DNA of 57,950 bases, filler included, from Sphacelaria rigidula (taxonomy: Eukaryota): NCBI GenBank assembly GCA_964200075.2. It is 7 parts of 7 records of this genome, joined end to end, with 100 filler letters (N's around TTAATTAATTAA, not from the genome) between each part and the next. Parts side by side here need not be neighbours in the genome. Positions count along the whole stretch, not along the records: positions 8,295 to 16,487 come from CAXNAA020011961.1; positions 16,588 to 24,780 come from CAXNAA020011962.1; 5 more parts are not named here. One strand, 5' to 3'. Shown piece by piece: positions 12,679 through 24,287 of this stretch; within the stretch, counting starts at the first letter, position 1; every line of letters begins with the position of its first letter. A model generated the notes under the pieces. That model worked only from the letters and a program-made list of their open reading frames with translations, made no database searches and was not told where the DNA came from. Made by a program: the position numbers and the translations under genes.

Positions 12679-13469
12679 GAGTAGGAACCAGCCTTGCTCT
12701 GGTTGCTGGATGTACACTCGCTGGAGCGGGCTTGCACAGTCTTGAACTCTGATTTGAACTTATTGTAATCGTCTCCCGGATCGGCCTCCTTCACACTTGC
12801 GGTATTTCGTTCGAGACGACAAACGTGGATTGTGAGAACAACCGACCTCGCCCTCTTGAGCGGTACAGTAGAGTCTGCCTGTACTGTATCGAGTCGCTCG
12901 TGAGGCCGCTCCGTGTAACAGACAAAAATAAAACCCCGAAAAAGCTGCTCACCTCCCACCGATAGGGGTAACTCAAAGTAAAGTAAAGCATTTTCGCGGC
13001 AATCCGGAGTATGACCGAGCATTTGAAAATCGCCGCTGGGCAAAAATCGAGGACCCACCTGAAATCAGGGCAAGGACTATCGAATGGGGCATGCGCTGTA
13101 TGACTGTGCTGTGGCACAGACACACTCATGGTCTGTCTTGTGCGTTGCACGTGTCGCTGCGCTGTAGCGTCTTGAGGCTTTTGTGGAGACAATTTGATCT
13201 CCGGTGGGACTGCCTGATTTGCTCAAAATATTGTTGACACGCAGTGCTCTTTACACACAGTTGAAACTTTCATGGGGTGTTGGCTGTTTCGTCTCAAGTC
13301 AAAGGAATGAGGCGCTCCCCAAACCCATCACCTTCCCCCTCAGATGAGGTTCGTGAAATATCTCTGGAGGGATTCAAAAAGTCTGGTGGGCTTTGCGGGG
13401 TTCTGCCTCTCCTCCTTGCACCCTACATCCCGACGACTTCAGGCATGGGAAAAATACAACAGAGCGAAG

Positions 13470-14174
13470 CTTTTTACCTTCATTTTGCATCTTTTTTTCG
13501 TGTTCTTAGTGGAGTTATGGGGGGAAACGAACGTTGCTCTTGAGCCTCATCTCGATGTTTTGGCTCAATTTTTAGAATCATGATTTGAAACTTGGCACGG
13601 AAAACCATAAAAGTGTTGCGAAAAAAAAAAAAAAAAGTGGGCCTTCATTTTCCAAGATTTTTTCGTAGAGGTTACGTTGTTCATGTGAAGAAATGGTCTT
13701 CACCATACTAGAACGCCCTAAACCTGTGAAAAAAATAAATAAAGAACCGACCTGCTTTGTTCTGTTGATTTTTCCTTGGAGAGCGCCCACGCAACATTTC
13801 AATAGGCGAAAACCACACGCCGGCCGGTGGGTGGCCTTCGGAATATTGTTCCGAATTTCGATCGATCCTGTTTTCTGAAGGCCCATGCTCCCGCCAATAT
13901 TTAGAGTTGGACCCTGAAATTTGGTATGCACAACGAATGGGGCATGGAAATAAATTACCTCCGTGCCAAAATAGTTTTTTCTAACAGTCCGGGGCAGTAA
14001 TCAGTTTTTGGCTTTCAGGGAAATGTCTCCCACTCATGAAAGAAAAAATGGTACCGGCGTCATTTTTTTCATGCTCTTTTCATTGTAAATACTAAATTTC
14101 AGGATCCAACTCCAAATATTGGCGGAAGCATGGGCCTCAAAACTTCAAATCCCCCTCCAGGCTGGCCGAGCTCG
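13470..14174. mobile_element. Hairpin (foldback) family copy, left end eroded
   Basis: Ends in ...ggctggccgagctcg|TA at 14174. Contains the family loop (gggcagtaatcagttttt...gaaatgtc, ~13991-14030) flanked by short inverted arms. Colinear with 48240-48957. Confidence 0.75.
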
Positions 14175-14301
14175 TAGGAAGCGGCCTGAGTGGCGTGCTA
14201 GAGTAGGTCGGAGGATATCGTAATACGGTCAACCGCAAACGTTGCGGGATTTATGACTGACTAAATCCCGAGCCCAACCGCCGACACTGCTTGCTGCTGT
14301 A

Positions 14302-15604
14302 CGAGCTGGGCCAGCCTACAAACGGACTGGAGCTGTAGAAGTAATATCTCATCGACATAGACAAGTTGGGCCGTGATCCACATATCGTATCAATCGTCTG
14401 ATCAAGGGCAAGGTGCCCGTCTGCTCAAACGTTTGGCCTCATATTTTCTCGTTGATTAAACCCCATGCCTAGTAATCCCTATACCTAAGGGGGATAGCGC
14501 CAATACTAGAATTTCTATGACACTCCCGATCGATGCATTTAGCGGATGGAGACGAATTTTGGTGTGGAGAACGCAAAAGAGCCGAATAAAGAACAAAATG
14601 GGCCTGCATTTGTTTTTCGTAGAGGTTCAGGCGTTCTCGTGAAGAAATGGTCTTTACCGTAGTATAACGCCCAAAACCAGAGAAGAAAAATGAAAAAAAG
14701 CAACCCGACCCACTTTGTTCTCTTGATTATGCGCTCAGAGAGCGCCCAACCAAAATATAATGCACGAAGATCAAAGATAGGCCAGTGAGTGGCCTGCGAA
14801 ATACTGTTCCGAATTTCTACCGACCCGGCTTTTAAAAGGCCCATGCTCCCGCCAATGTTTGGGGTTGGACCTTGAAATTTGGTATGAACAATGCATAGGG
14901 CATGGAAAAAAAATTACATCGGCACCAATTTTCATTTTTTATTTCATGAGTCTAGGGCAACAATCAGTTTTCAGGTATCAGTGAAATGCCCCTAACTCAT
15001 GAAATAAAAAATAAGAATTGGTGCCGATGTAATTTTTTTCCATGCCCTATGCATTGTTCATACCAAATTTCAAGGTCCAACCCCAAACATTGGCGGGAGC
15101 ATGGGCCTTTTAAAAGCCGGGTCGGTAGAAATTCGGAACAGTATTTCGCAGGCCACTCACTGGCCTATCTTTGATCTTCGTGCATTATATTTTGGTTCGG
15201 CACTCTCTGAGCGCATAATCAAGAGAACAAAGTGGGTCGGGTTGCTTTTTTTCATTTTTCTTCTCTGGTTTTGGGCGCTATTCTACGGTAAAGACCATTT
15301 CTTCACGAGAACGCCTGCACCTCTACAAAAAAAGATGCAGGCCCATTGTGTTCTTCATTCGGCTTTTTTGCGTTCTCCACACCAAAATTCGTCTCCATCC
15401 GCTAAATGCACCGATCGGGAGTAACATAGAGATTCTAGTATTTTACTGATACCTGAAACAAATGATGAAAACGTCTGGTGCCGATGTAATGCTTTTTTTC
15501 ACGCCCTATTCATTGTCCATACCAAATTTCAGGGTCTGACTCTAGGTATTGGCAGAAGCATGGGCCTGCAAACTTCAAATCCGCTTCTAGGCTGGCCCAG
15601 CTCG
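14302..15604. mobile_element. Complete TA-flanked TIR element with a ~450-bp-arm internal palindrome
   Basis: TA|CGAGCTGGGCCAGCCTA at 14302 and TAGGCTGGCCCAGCTCG|TA at 15604. Arms ~14502-14950 and ~14996-15442 are inverted copies; ORFs 14539..14844(-) and 15101..15424(+) give the same peptide. Loop ~45 bp. Confidence 0.9.
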
Positions 15605-15839
15605 TATCGCATTGCTGACTGCGCTTAAGTGTGACGTGGGTTGTATGACACAGACCATGATTATGAGTACACGGTCCCTCGCTTTCTCACCACAACTGAA
15701 CATTATTACAAGATTTGAGGACACAACGAAGTAATGCAGTGCTGTCAACCCCGTAACGTACATACAGCATCTGTCGGTGAGAGCACCCCCCCTCTCCTGC
15801 ACATGCCGTGCGTGGTAATGCATGTTCAACAAGTCTCAG

Positions 15840-16453
15840 CCAAGCTTCGAGCGGGAATCATCGAATTCAGAGTGCTCCTCACAGCGATCGATTGTGGTGA
15901 ATCTGTCATGACGTCGGGTTCATCGTACTGTCGTCGGACAGGTTCCCCCTGCCGGGAGATGTCGTAATGGGGATCGGGGTGGAGAGCACGCAGCCACCGG
16001 AGGTCGCTCTCGAGCTTGAGCGTCCCACGGAGCTCATCCTCCAAAACCGCGGTCTCGCGACCGAGGTTGAGGGCCGTATGGAGAGGGCCTTCCAGAATGC
16101 TCTTCAGTCGGGGGTGTCAAAGGTGAGCCCCCGAAAAACCGAATATTTTCTCGAGGTATCGCGATCCTTAGCCCGCGTCTTTGGCCGACGTGCAGGTACT
16201 GGATCGGATTTAACCACTCGCGACTTATATCTGATGTGTCAGGTGTAGCTTACACCAATGACTCCGACCTCGCGTGTGCTCATGTGCCACCTTTCCCGGC
16301 AGTGTGATATCAGTCCGCGAGGTGTACGTGGGGCCGACACCACTCCCATCCGCGCTGCCCACGGACACGGGAGGATTGCTGGTTCGGGGTCCAGGCGATA
16401 CGACCGAAAAGATCATGACGGATGCTTCACAGACTTTCGGCTACAAGCTGGAG
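15840..16453 (+). pseudogene. Degraded spliced-gene fragment of unknown family
   Basis: GC-rich coding-like blocks bounded by AAG|GTGAGC (~16122), TCAG|GTG (~16242) and GAG|GTGAGA (~16453). A frameshift near 15900 is needed to join KLRAGIIEFRVLLTAIDCGE to ICHDVGFIVLSSDRFPLPGDVVMGIG. No family recognised. Confidence 0.3.
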
Positions 16454-18933
16454 GTGAGAACAGTGCTGCATGGGGGGGGGGGGGGGGNNNNNNNNNNNNN
16501 NNNNNNNNNNNNNNNNNNNNNNNNNNNNNNNTTAATTAATTAANNNNNNNNNNNNNNNNNNNNNNNNNNNNNNNNNNNNNNNNNNNNTTTTTCTGGGGGG
16601 GAGAATATTTTTCGACCACACCCCCCCCCCCCCCCCCGCTCCCGGAGGGCAATTTTCAATTTTCCGAAAATTATCACGATTCATTTACTTATTTTGCTGA
16701 AATTACTGAAGAATTCATCGAGAAACATTGGAAAAAACGAAAAGTCTGGTGGGCTTCGCGAGATTGGTATATTTGCTTCTGCTACCCGCTCTTCTGTCCC
16801 CATGACCTCGGATGCCGGTCACCCCCCCACACACAACATGTACAGTATTGCGTATGCACACGAGCGCACGGTAGCGACAGCCTGCAGCCAGGGTAGTAGC
16901 AAATATATTTCACACCTCGCAAAACTTGCCCGGACTACTGGTGAATACTCGAGGCCCACGACACAGAATATGATTCCATAAACGTAGTCATGATAAGTGA
17001 TTAGCTTGGGGGGGCAGCGTGTCCGCCATCTCATCGGTTTTCATGCCTACGATCTCTGTAGACGGGAGCTGACCGCACCCCCCATCGCCGCGGCAACAAA
17101 CCAGGGGACAGCAGACCGGATGCCACCCCCCCAAAAACATGATTTTTCGATCTTGGGGCCTACGTGTATGGAAAGATTCTTCTGACAGACCTGTCCTTGA
17201 CGGACCTGTGGTTTGGCCATAAATGAAACTGCGGTCTAATGCTCAACTCAAGTACACGTATACATTGCACGAGTACGTGTACGAAATTAAGCTCCACTCA
17301 GCATCACTCGGACTGTGTTTTGATAGGGTTAAGAGAGGGTCTCACCATTCGCTTCAAGTTTACCAGTATTCCTCTAGGTGTGATTTTCCACGCCTTCAAC
17401 ACTGACATGTGCTTGCGGTTACAGGTCGATATCCTACCCGGGGGTATCTAGGGCCTCAGTCATGGACTTACACGGAAGACGTATCAAGCCTCCTACAGGA
17501 GCGCGTATCACCCTTGACCGTATCCTTCACTCCCAGCCGCACGAAGGATCGTCAGCCGCGCTTGATCAGAGTACTGGTTCGGGTACAATATTCACTAGTG
17601 CACATCATGCTCTCACCGACTTCAACACATCTCATGGAAGATACAGGGGTCTTCTGGCGTTAAGCCAGTTAGGTGTAGATGTGATAAATTGATAAGCCGC
17701 ACGCAGCGACGTCGATCATGTCTGACAGCGGAGCTTTTCTAGCGTAAGGACAAATGTGGATTGCATGTGAAGTACTGTCACTGAAACAAGAAGCAGAATT
17801 TTCAAAATTTCCGGGTGTGGGTAACGTGACAACCTGTTACAATTTCTCTCATAGCACCTCAACTTGAATCAAGGTTATGAACTATTGGTGTAAATCTGAG
17901 GCAAGGGTGTTACATCCCGTGCATGCATCCGCCAAACTGTAGAGCTCGCCATGAAGCATATAATGGCTCTCATTTGGTGCCCCAGGTGCCGGCTATTTCG
18001 TCGAGGCCCAAAATGTTCCGATGTATCAGCCAACCTCAGGACACGTGCAACTGAGGGTGATGGAAAACCAATCGATGTCATCTTCCCCCCCACTCAGTGT
18101 GCCTCGTTCCGGTACGTTTTCGGCGGCTTGCGAACACTCTGGACCGCTCGGATCGATGGGCGAAAGCAACTGTCGCTGTTTATTCCCAGACTGGATTTTC
18201 GGGCCTCAAGAGGGTTACTGCTGGCGTCATGAGCGCACAGAGTTGATGCAAATCAAAGAAAGCGTCACTAGTCAGGACACTCCTCACGTCCCCCGGATCG
18301 ACGGGAACAATTACATTCCAATCCCAATTCGAGGGGTAATGTCATTACGCGGAAGGTCATTCGTGCTGTATTACAAGGTATTGCGGCAGTGATGGGATGG
18401 CGGGCAGCAGCATTTTTCCATATTTTTTCCGCATTTCAAACTAAATGGTGCTGCCTTCTCTTGCACCATGCGGTTTGTGGTTGCGTTTGACGCTCACATA
18501 GTGAAACGGTCAAAACGAGCAAGTTTTGAGATGACACCTGATCGCGTGCGATGTAGGTGGGTGGTCGATTGACAGCTGTTGTATGGTGGAAGCGGGGATA
18601 CAAATGTAAGTCTCTGCAGGTGGGGCTTGAATTGTTGGGGGATACGTGAGGTGCAGCGCATCAACACAACCGGGATATGGTAACAAATTGGTGAAAAATC
18701 GTGTGTTAATGTGCTTCCATTCAAAATGGTGACCAGCCCTCGTGCACCAAGAAACCGAGTCTTGTTACGCCACCATCCGCCAAGACTGAACAGAGAAGCA
18801 CCGAGTACCCGAATATGATCAAGCCATGATCTTTATCCACCACACTCGAAATTTCGTCCAGTCTAGCACGAAACCCGTATGGAGGAAAAGTGAGGGCAAT
18901 GTCGAGTCCAGGTCACATCGAGCCAGCAGCTCC

Positions 18934-21900
18934 TCAGTAGTCGCCATCGCCACCCTCTTCGGCACCGAACATACTCATGCCCCCGCCCATGTCCACCTCT
19001 TCTTCCTCTTCCTCCTCAACGGCTGCGGGGGCCGCCTCGGCGGCACCGTCGCCACCACCACCACCGCCGCCGGTCGCGGCAGCGAAGGCGCTGGGGTCGG
19101 CGAGGTAGGCCTGTGTGATTGAAAATGAATGCAGTTTTGTAACGAAGTTTACATTACATTAGTGATGCGTCAACGGTAACTTGCGGTAGTACCCACAGAA
19201 AAAATTAGCAAGTGAAACATGAAAATCTTCAGGCGCGGCAATCCGAGCTGTGATTCTCGTGCAACTAGTACCGCCCCCAAGAGGGGAACCGAGGATCATG
19301 TCATTGTTCTTGTGACCAAGACACGAGTCCATCATCTCAGAGTGTGTCAGTCTAACCACATAGGGACGCCCATGTCCCGAGTTACGCGATTCACATGAAC
19401 CAGTAATAACAACGTTGGAGCAATCCACACAGCGGTGCAGCAAGCATAAGAGGGCTCGAATAGTATAGTGGTGGGCGGTCTAATCATCATTTTGTGTGTC
19501 ATTTTGTGATTTTATCGTAATTGACTATTTTCTAGATCTCTTCTTGCTTGGAACCGTCCATCACATCGGGGATGTAAAGATGTTCGTATCTGCTCCACAT
19601 TCCCAAAAGAAACAAATCTCTATACTCGATATTGAGTGACTTCCGGGCTGACCGGTCATCGGGGGTCCTGCCACGTGTCAGTCCAGATCTTGATTCTTCT
19701 GTGTTTTCGGTCGATCGAGCCCGTGCCGATCGTAGTTGTAAAGAAATGTCAGTTTCATTTTTTCGAAATTCGGCCTACTCATTGCACTAGGGACGAAAAA
19801 CCATGTTTCAGGGTCAGAAACACCCTGCTGATGAACGAGGTATTTACTCGTTTTGCCCGGCAACACCAACAAACAATGCCTTGGGCTGTTTCGAAGACCA
19901 TCTACTTTTTTGTACTAAATAGTACCGACGCTTTCAATTTCGAATTTCATCAGAGAGTAATACGCGGGGAAAACCCCAAAACGCGCTAGATAATTAGACC
20001 GTCCACTACTGAACGTGCTAGGAACACGGGATATGGTGGAATCATCGATGAGGACCTGTCTTGACGTGTGAATATCGGAAGCTCGACTGAAATCAGCTCT
20101 TGATTTTCATCCTCATCGCACCTTGATGGGCTCGCACTTGTCGAAAGTGTACTTGTCGCATCCCTCGATTACCACCGCGACCAGTGCGCGGAAGGCATTG
20201 GCGATAGAGTGGGGCAGCGAGGCCAGGGTGGGGAAGCCCAGCTCCAGAGACACGGCAGCAACGTTGGCACACGCCGCCGCGAACTTATTTTTCATGTCCG
20301 CGTCCGTGAGGTCAAGTACCGCGGCGGCGAACACGGACCCGTTGTCGTAGATGCAGCTGATCGTCAAACCGTAGGTGAACGGACGGATGTTCAACTTCTG
20401 GAGGAGAGCCGCTTCGGAGCTGCCGACCTGTGCATCGTGTTCGTGAATACAGAGCATACGAGAACGAGGAGATCGTGTGTTGGGCGGATATTTCTCGCGT
20501 ACCACGTGCCCAAGTCTGGATTCAGAGAGTGCTTTCTTGTGTTTTCCTGTCGCTACATGATATCTGCACATAGAAAGAAAGTGTGCGAGCCGTTCGTCGT
20601 GGTGGCTCACAAGGTACACCCCAAAGCCTTTGACGGTCGGGGCGTGGACTCGGATCTCGCCGCAGTGACGCGTTCTGGTAGTTTTTTCACGGTATCCGTA
20701 ACAGTGGAGTGTTATCATGCCTTTGATGCACAAAGTTCGGGTCCAAGGTCGGCGAGGGGAATAGGCACCTGAACCCTTCGTGAAAAATGGGGCAAGCACC
20801 GCAAAAAATGACAACCTTGCTCCCATTTGACCTCGGCTTATACGCCCACATGTACCGAGAGGTTTAGAGTGGCTGGCGTCCAGAGTAAATAGGTTCAAGT
20901 TTACAGGTAGCCACGCAAAAACTCGTCAGCGTCGGCAATCTGCGTCCACATTTTACAACATGTTCAAGAATTGCCCCACGAATATGACGCAACATGTGGG
21001 GTCAATTGTAGGCGGCGAAACGCAGGTAGGTTACGAGGAGTGCTGGTGAGATGAAAGATCAAACCTGTTTCTACAACTGTCGTGAAACAATAAGTGGTCT
21101 CGGTCCCTTTTGCACCGAACCCGACGCGCAGCCAGATGGAAATTCCACTACAAAATTGTTTTTTTGAAATTAACACTCCTGGGTGCGGATTAGAGACACG
21201 AACACTCCTGGGTGCTTCAAGGATTGTCAAAGTTCCCACCTCATATTTCGAGATTAAACTCGAAGTATCGATGTATCAAAGAGCGATCCCGCTCGGATAT
21301 ATTTCACTTTACATACCTTTTGGCCCTGGGGCACAAGGAACACTTCGGTGGTGATCTCGATCTGACCTTTGGTAATCTTCGTGGGCACCTGCGTTCGCAA
21401 GGGAGCAACAATAGAAGGGAGGTTTCGTTAGGCTAAAAAGTGGAAGAGACAATGGTCGACACAGCCATGCATATTTCCCAAACGTCAAGGACACCACCAC
21501 CTACAAGCACGATCCACCCCCGGTTGTGTGCATGCTTCTCACGGCTACGCTCAGGATTAGGTTGGCCGCCAGCCTATTGATCCCCTCGGCCCGCAGCTTC
21601 CATGTAGAGAAACTGCTATTTCATCGCCTACAATCGTGTAGGCCACTAGCTCCTTTCTGCAAGTATACTGGGTCCTGCGAGCACCAAGGCCCAATAGAAT
21701 TGGCGCCACGAGTCTCGTCTTGTGCATGACTTACCTGGAGCACTTGGAAGAAAGAAGTCTGTCCGGGATCACACCCAGTAGGGCCGGGGGGCACTTTCAC
21801 GTCGATGGGGGCAACGGAACCTACACGGGCGGGTGCAGGCACACGGTGCTCCTCGATCACGTCACGGACTTTGCCGAGGTCGCCGTTGGTGAAGATGAAT

Positions 21901-24141
21901 CCCACGTTCCCGACCACCTTGGTGAGAAGCTGGGACGGGATAACATTGATTCGGGACAGAGAAAAAAGGAAGAGGTCAGCAATCCCGCGGATGAGGTTGA
22001 GTTTGAGCCTACCTCGGTACTGTTCAGTAGAACCCGTGGATGCTGAGTCTCAATCCGGTGTGACATGACACCCGGAGATCGTACGTGCAAATACAGCTCA
22101 AGTATTTTGCGGATATGTCCGTCCAAGACTCGTCTCTGGCGAAACATCCACACATCGAACAGATCATGATCCGTCTGAAAACTACGTTTCTTCAGTGTAC
22201 TGATTCGGATCATGATCCGAATCGTTCGCCACCATCTTCTCCATGTTTGCTCCCTGCAGCGCAGGACGCCGAGCACGCCGGGTGGCGCCAAGTTTTTCCT
22301 CTGGCTTTTTCGACGCTGCGATCACACATTGTGTTTTTGGAACAATGGATTTGGGGATTTTCTTCAATCAGTTATTCCAGACGAATCATAATCTGTCCAA
22401 TCTGTGAAAACATTGACACGGCAGTGCGGCGCCACGAACATTTCATTGACCGGAGTGCCACCAAAGAACTGTGCCCTCACTGCTTTCGAACCCATGAACC
22501 GTAGGAGAAATATCCCCACAATAATACCATTGCTCGCCTGCTCGAACGGGTGCCCGGGGTTGTCCTTGATGTACAGCGAAATGATCTTGCGCATCATGGT
22601 GTTTTTACCCATGAGCACCGTCGCGGTGCCGCGGAGCGCGAAACGAATCTTGGCCATCTGGTTAGATCCGACATTGTCGCACTGCAACAGCGTACAAGAG
22701 AGAGGGACGCAAAGCCGAGGGAACGAAAGTTTTGGTTCAAGTGCCCGCAGCCTGCTGCGAAACCTAGCATTGATGTGGAGGATGACGATATGGTGGATGA
22801 GAAAGACCCAGAGCAATCAGTCCTGGCGCCAACGGATTCTGTGTTCACCATTTTTGAACCAAAGCACTGCAGAAGACCATGAGGGTTAAAAAGGTGGATA
22901 GCGGTTTTGTAGTCTGCACCTCTGGCTCAGCGGCAAACAAACCCAGGTGAGAACTGGAGTTGAGGGAAGGGACAACGTCACCAGTGAGGTCTCACGCGTG
23001 TTACTCGTGTGTGACAACTCGTGTGTTCGTCTTCCAATATGCTGTTGCCGACGAAAGGGGGTGGGGGGAAATTCCGTATCAATAGCACATATCAAACACC
23101 ACCCAACCACGCCTGCAGCTCTCACACCCCCCACCATATACGCCACACCCACCAGCCATTCAACAGCAGTCAGTGGATATTTGCAAGTTGACCCCATGCA
23201 TGTACTTCTCCAGTTGCTAGCGCGACCATTTTCCCTTCACTCTATGAACTGTCGAACATCGTAGGACCGCAGTGCCGCTGGCCCTGGCTCATACCGTATT
23301 TCGAACCATTGGTCTGTTCAGGGACTAATGGTTCGGTCTCAGTTGAGTGAGATGACCACAAGCACAGAAGTATAACATTTTGGCGCGGTCTCTGCTCTTG
23401 TACCAATTTTTGTACGGTTGAAAGTTGTAGGACACGAGTAACCGACGGCAGACTGCACTGTGGTGCTGCAGTATCCGCGACGCGCGTCGTGTCCACCGCC
23501 TTTAATTTAGGCTTGGAGTCTTCACATTTATTCCGATTTCATAATGAGGTGAGAAACACAACTCGAGTCAGGATGGTGGGCGCTACGAAAGGTCAACACT
23601 CGACTTTTTGTGAGCGGCCGTTACACATGAAAAATACGCGCACACCGTGGTCTTTACTCGAGTTCTACAGAGTGCACGGGCGTGGCAAAGACGGTGGAAT
23701 TCCGCACGGGTCAACAGAACGGGTCCTTCTATATATCAGCATCAGCGCTTCTCACGGGCTTTGGAGTACGCTTCTGGCGTTTTTTCTGTTCAGCACGACT
23801 TCAACCGGATATTGAAACCAACATCCGCTTACTTCTTTCACTCAAAGTCATGAGTTGACGACCAGAAAAGGCTTGATATATAAAATCTCGACGAAGAGGG
23901 ATGACAGGGGAGACGGAACCAACAGAGTGAAGTAAAATTAGAACGGCGGAAACAAGGACAACAATGACACAAATCTTACCGCGACCAGCAAAACCGGGAG
24001 GCAAATTACGGTCAACGAAAAAATAATCGTGAATAAAGAAGGTCCATAACGCACATGAACCAGGAAGATCTTGGTGTGGTTGTCCAAGAGCTCCTTCAGG
24101 CGGTCGAAGTACCAGGCCTTACGTTCAGAGGAGAGCGGCAT
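18934..24141 (-). CDS. RPLP0: 60S acidic ribosomal protein P0 (uL10), complete, ~326 aa
   Basis: Exons 24141-24055 ([19 protein letters not shown]..), 22681-22538 ([28 protein letters not shown]), 21929-21735 ([42 protein letters not shown]), 21388-21317 ([12 protein letters not shown]), 20427-20122 ([21 protein letters not shown]..) and 19110-18934 ([32 protein letters not shown]). All join in frame; hallmark P0 motifs. Confidence 0.97.
19466..20011. mobile_element. MITE in RPLP0 intron 5 (CAGT-type TIRs, Tc1/mariner-like)
   Basis: tagtggtgggcggtctaatcatc (19466-19488) vs gataattagaccgtccactactg (19989-20011): 23-bp TIR with 4 mismatches. TA on the left flank. Confidence 0.65.
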
Positions 24142-24287
24142 CTGTAAGCAGCATGTCAACACGATACGGTCGTCGAAACAAGGAGGGCGCATGGTGTGTG
24201 GGTACGCAGCTATGACAGTGAGCACATCGTGACTGCACAACACGCAGACAGCGAGCAGCATCGGCAACCAGAACATTGATTACTCAC
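24142..24287 (-). other. RPLP0: RPLP0 5'UTR intron ending immediately before the ATG
   Basis: Minus-strand donor GTGAGT at 24287 and acceptor ...ctgcttacag|ATG at 24142. Confidence 0.7.

Noticed and set aside
14539..15424. Pair of near-identical ORFs MGLLKAGSVEIRNS... on opposite strands (also 13578-13931)
   Set aside because: By-product of the palindromic repeat; no protein-family features.
19229..19336. Candidate C/D snoRNA in RPLP0 intron 5 with partial complementarity to 18S CGCGGUAAUUC
   Set aside because: Non-canonical C box (AUGAUGG), pairing needs G:U wobbles, the D+5 position misses the known methylated U by two bases, and there is no terminal stem.
22362..22452. Candidate C/D snoRNA in RPLP0 intron 2
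   Set aside because: C box AUGAAAU is poor, k-turn stem register is wrong and no rRNA target was recognised.
23302..23335. 13-bp-stem hairpin in RPLP0 intron 1
   Set aside because: Pairs better on the non-transcribed strand and lacks snoRNA boxes.
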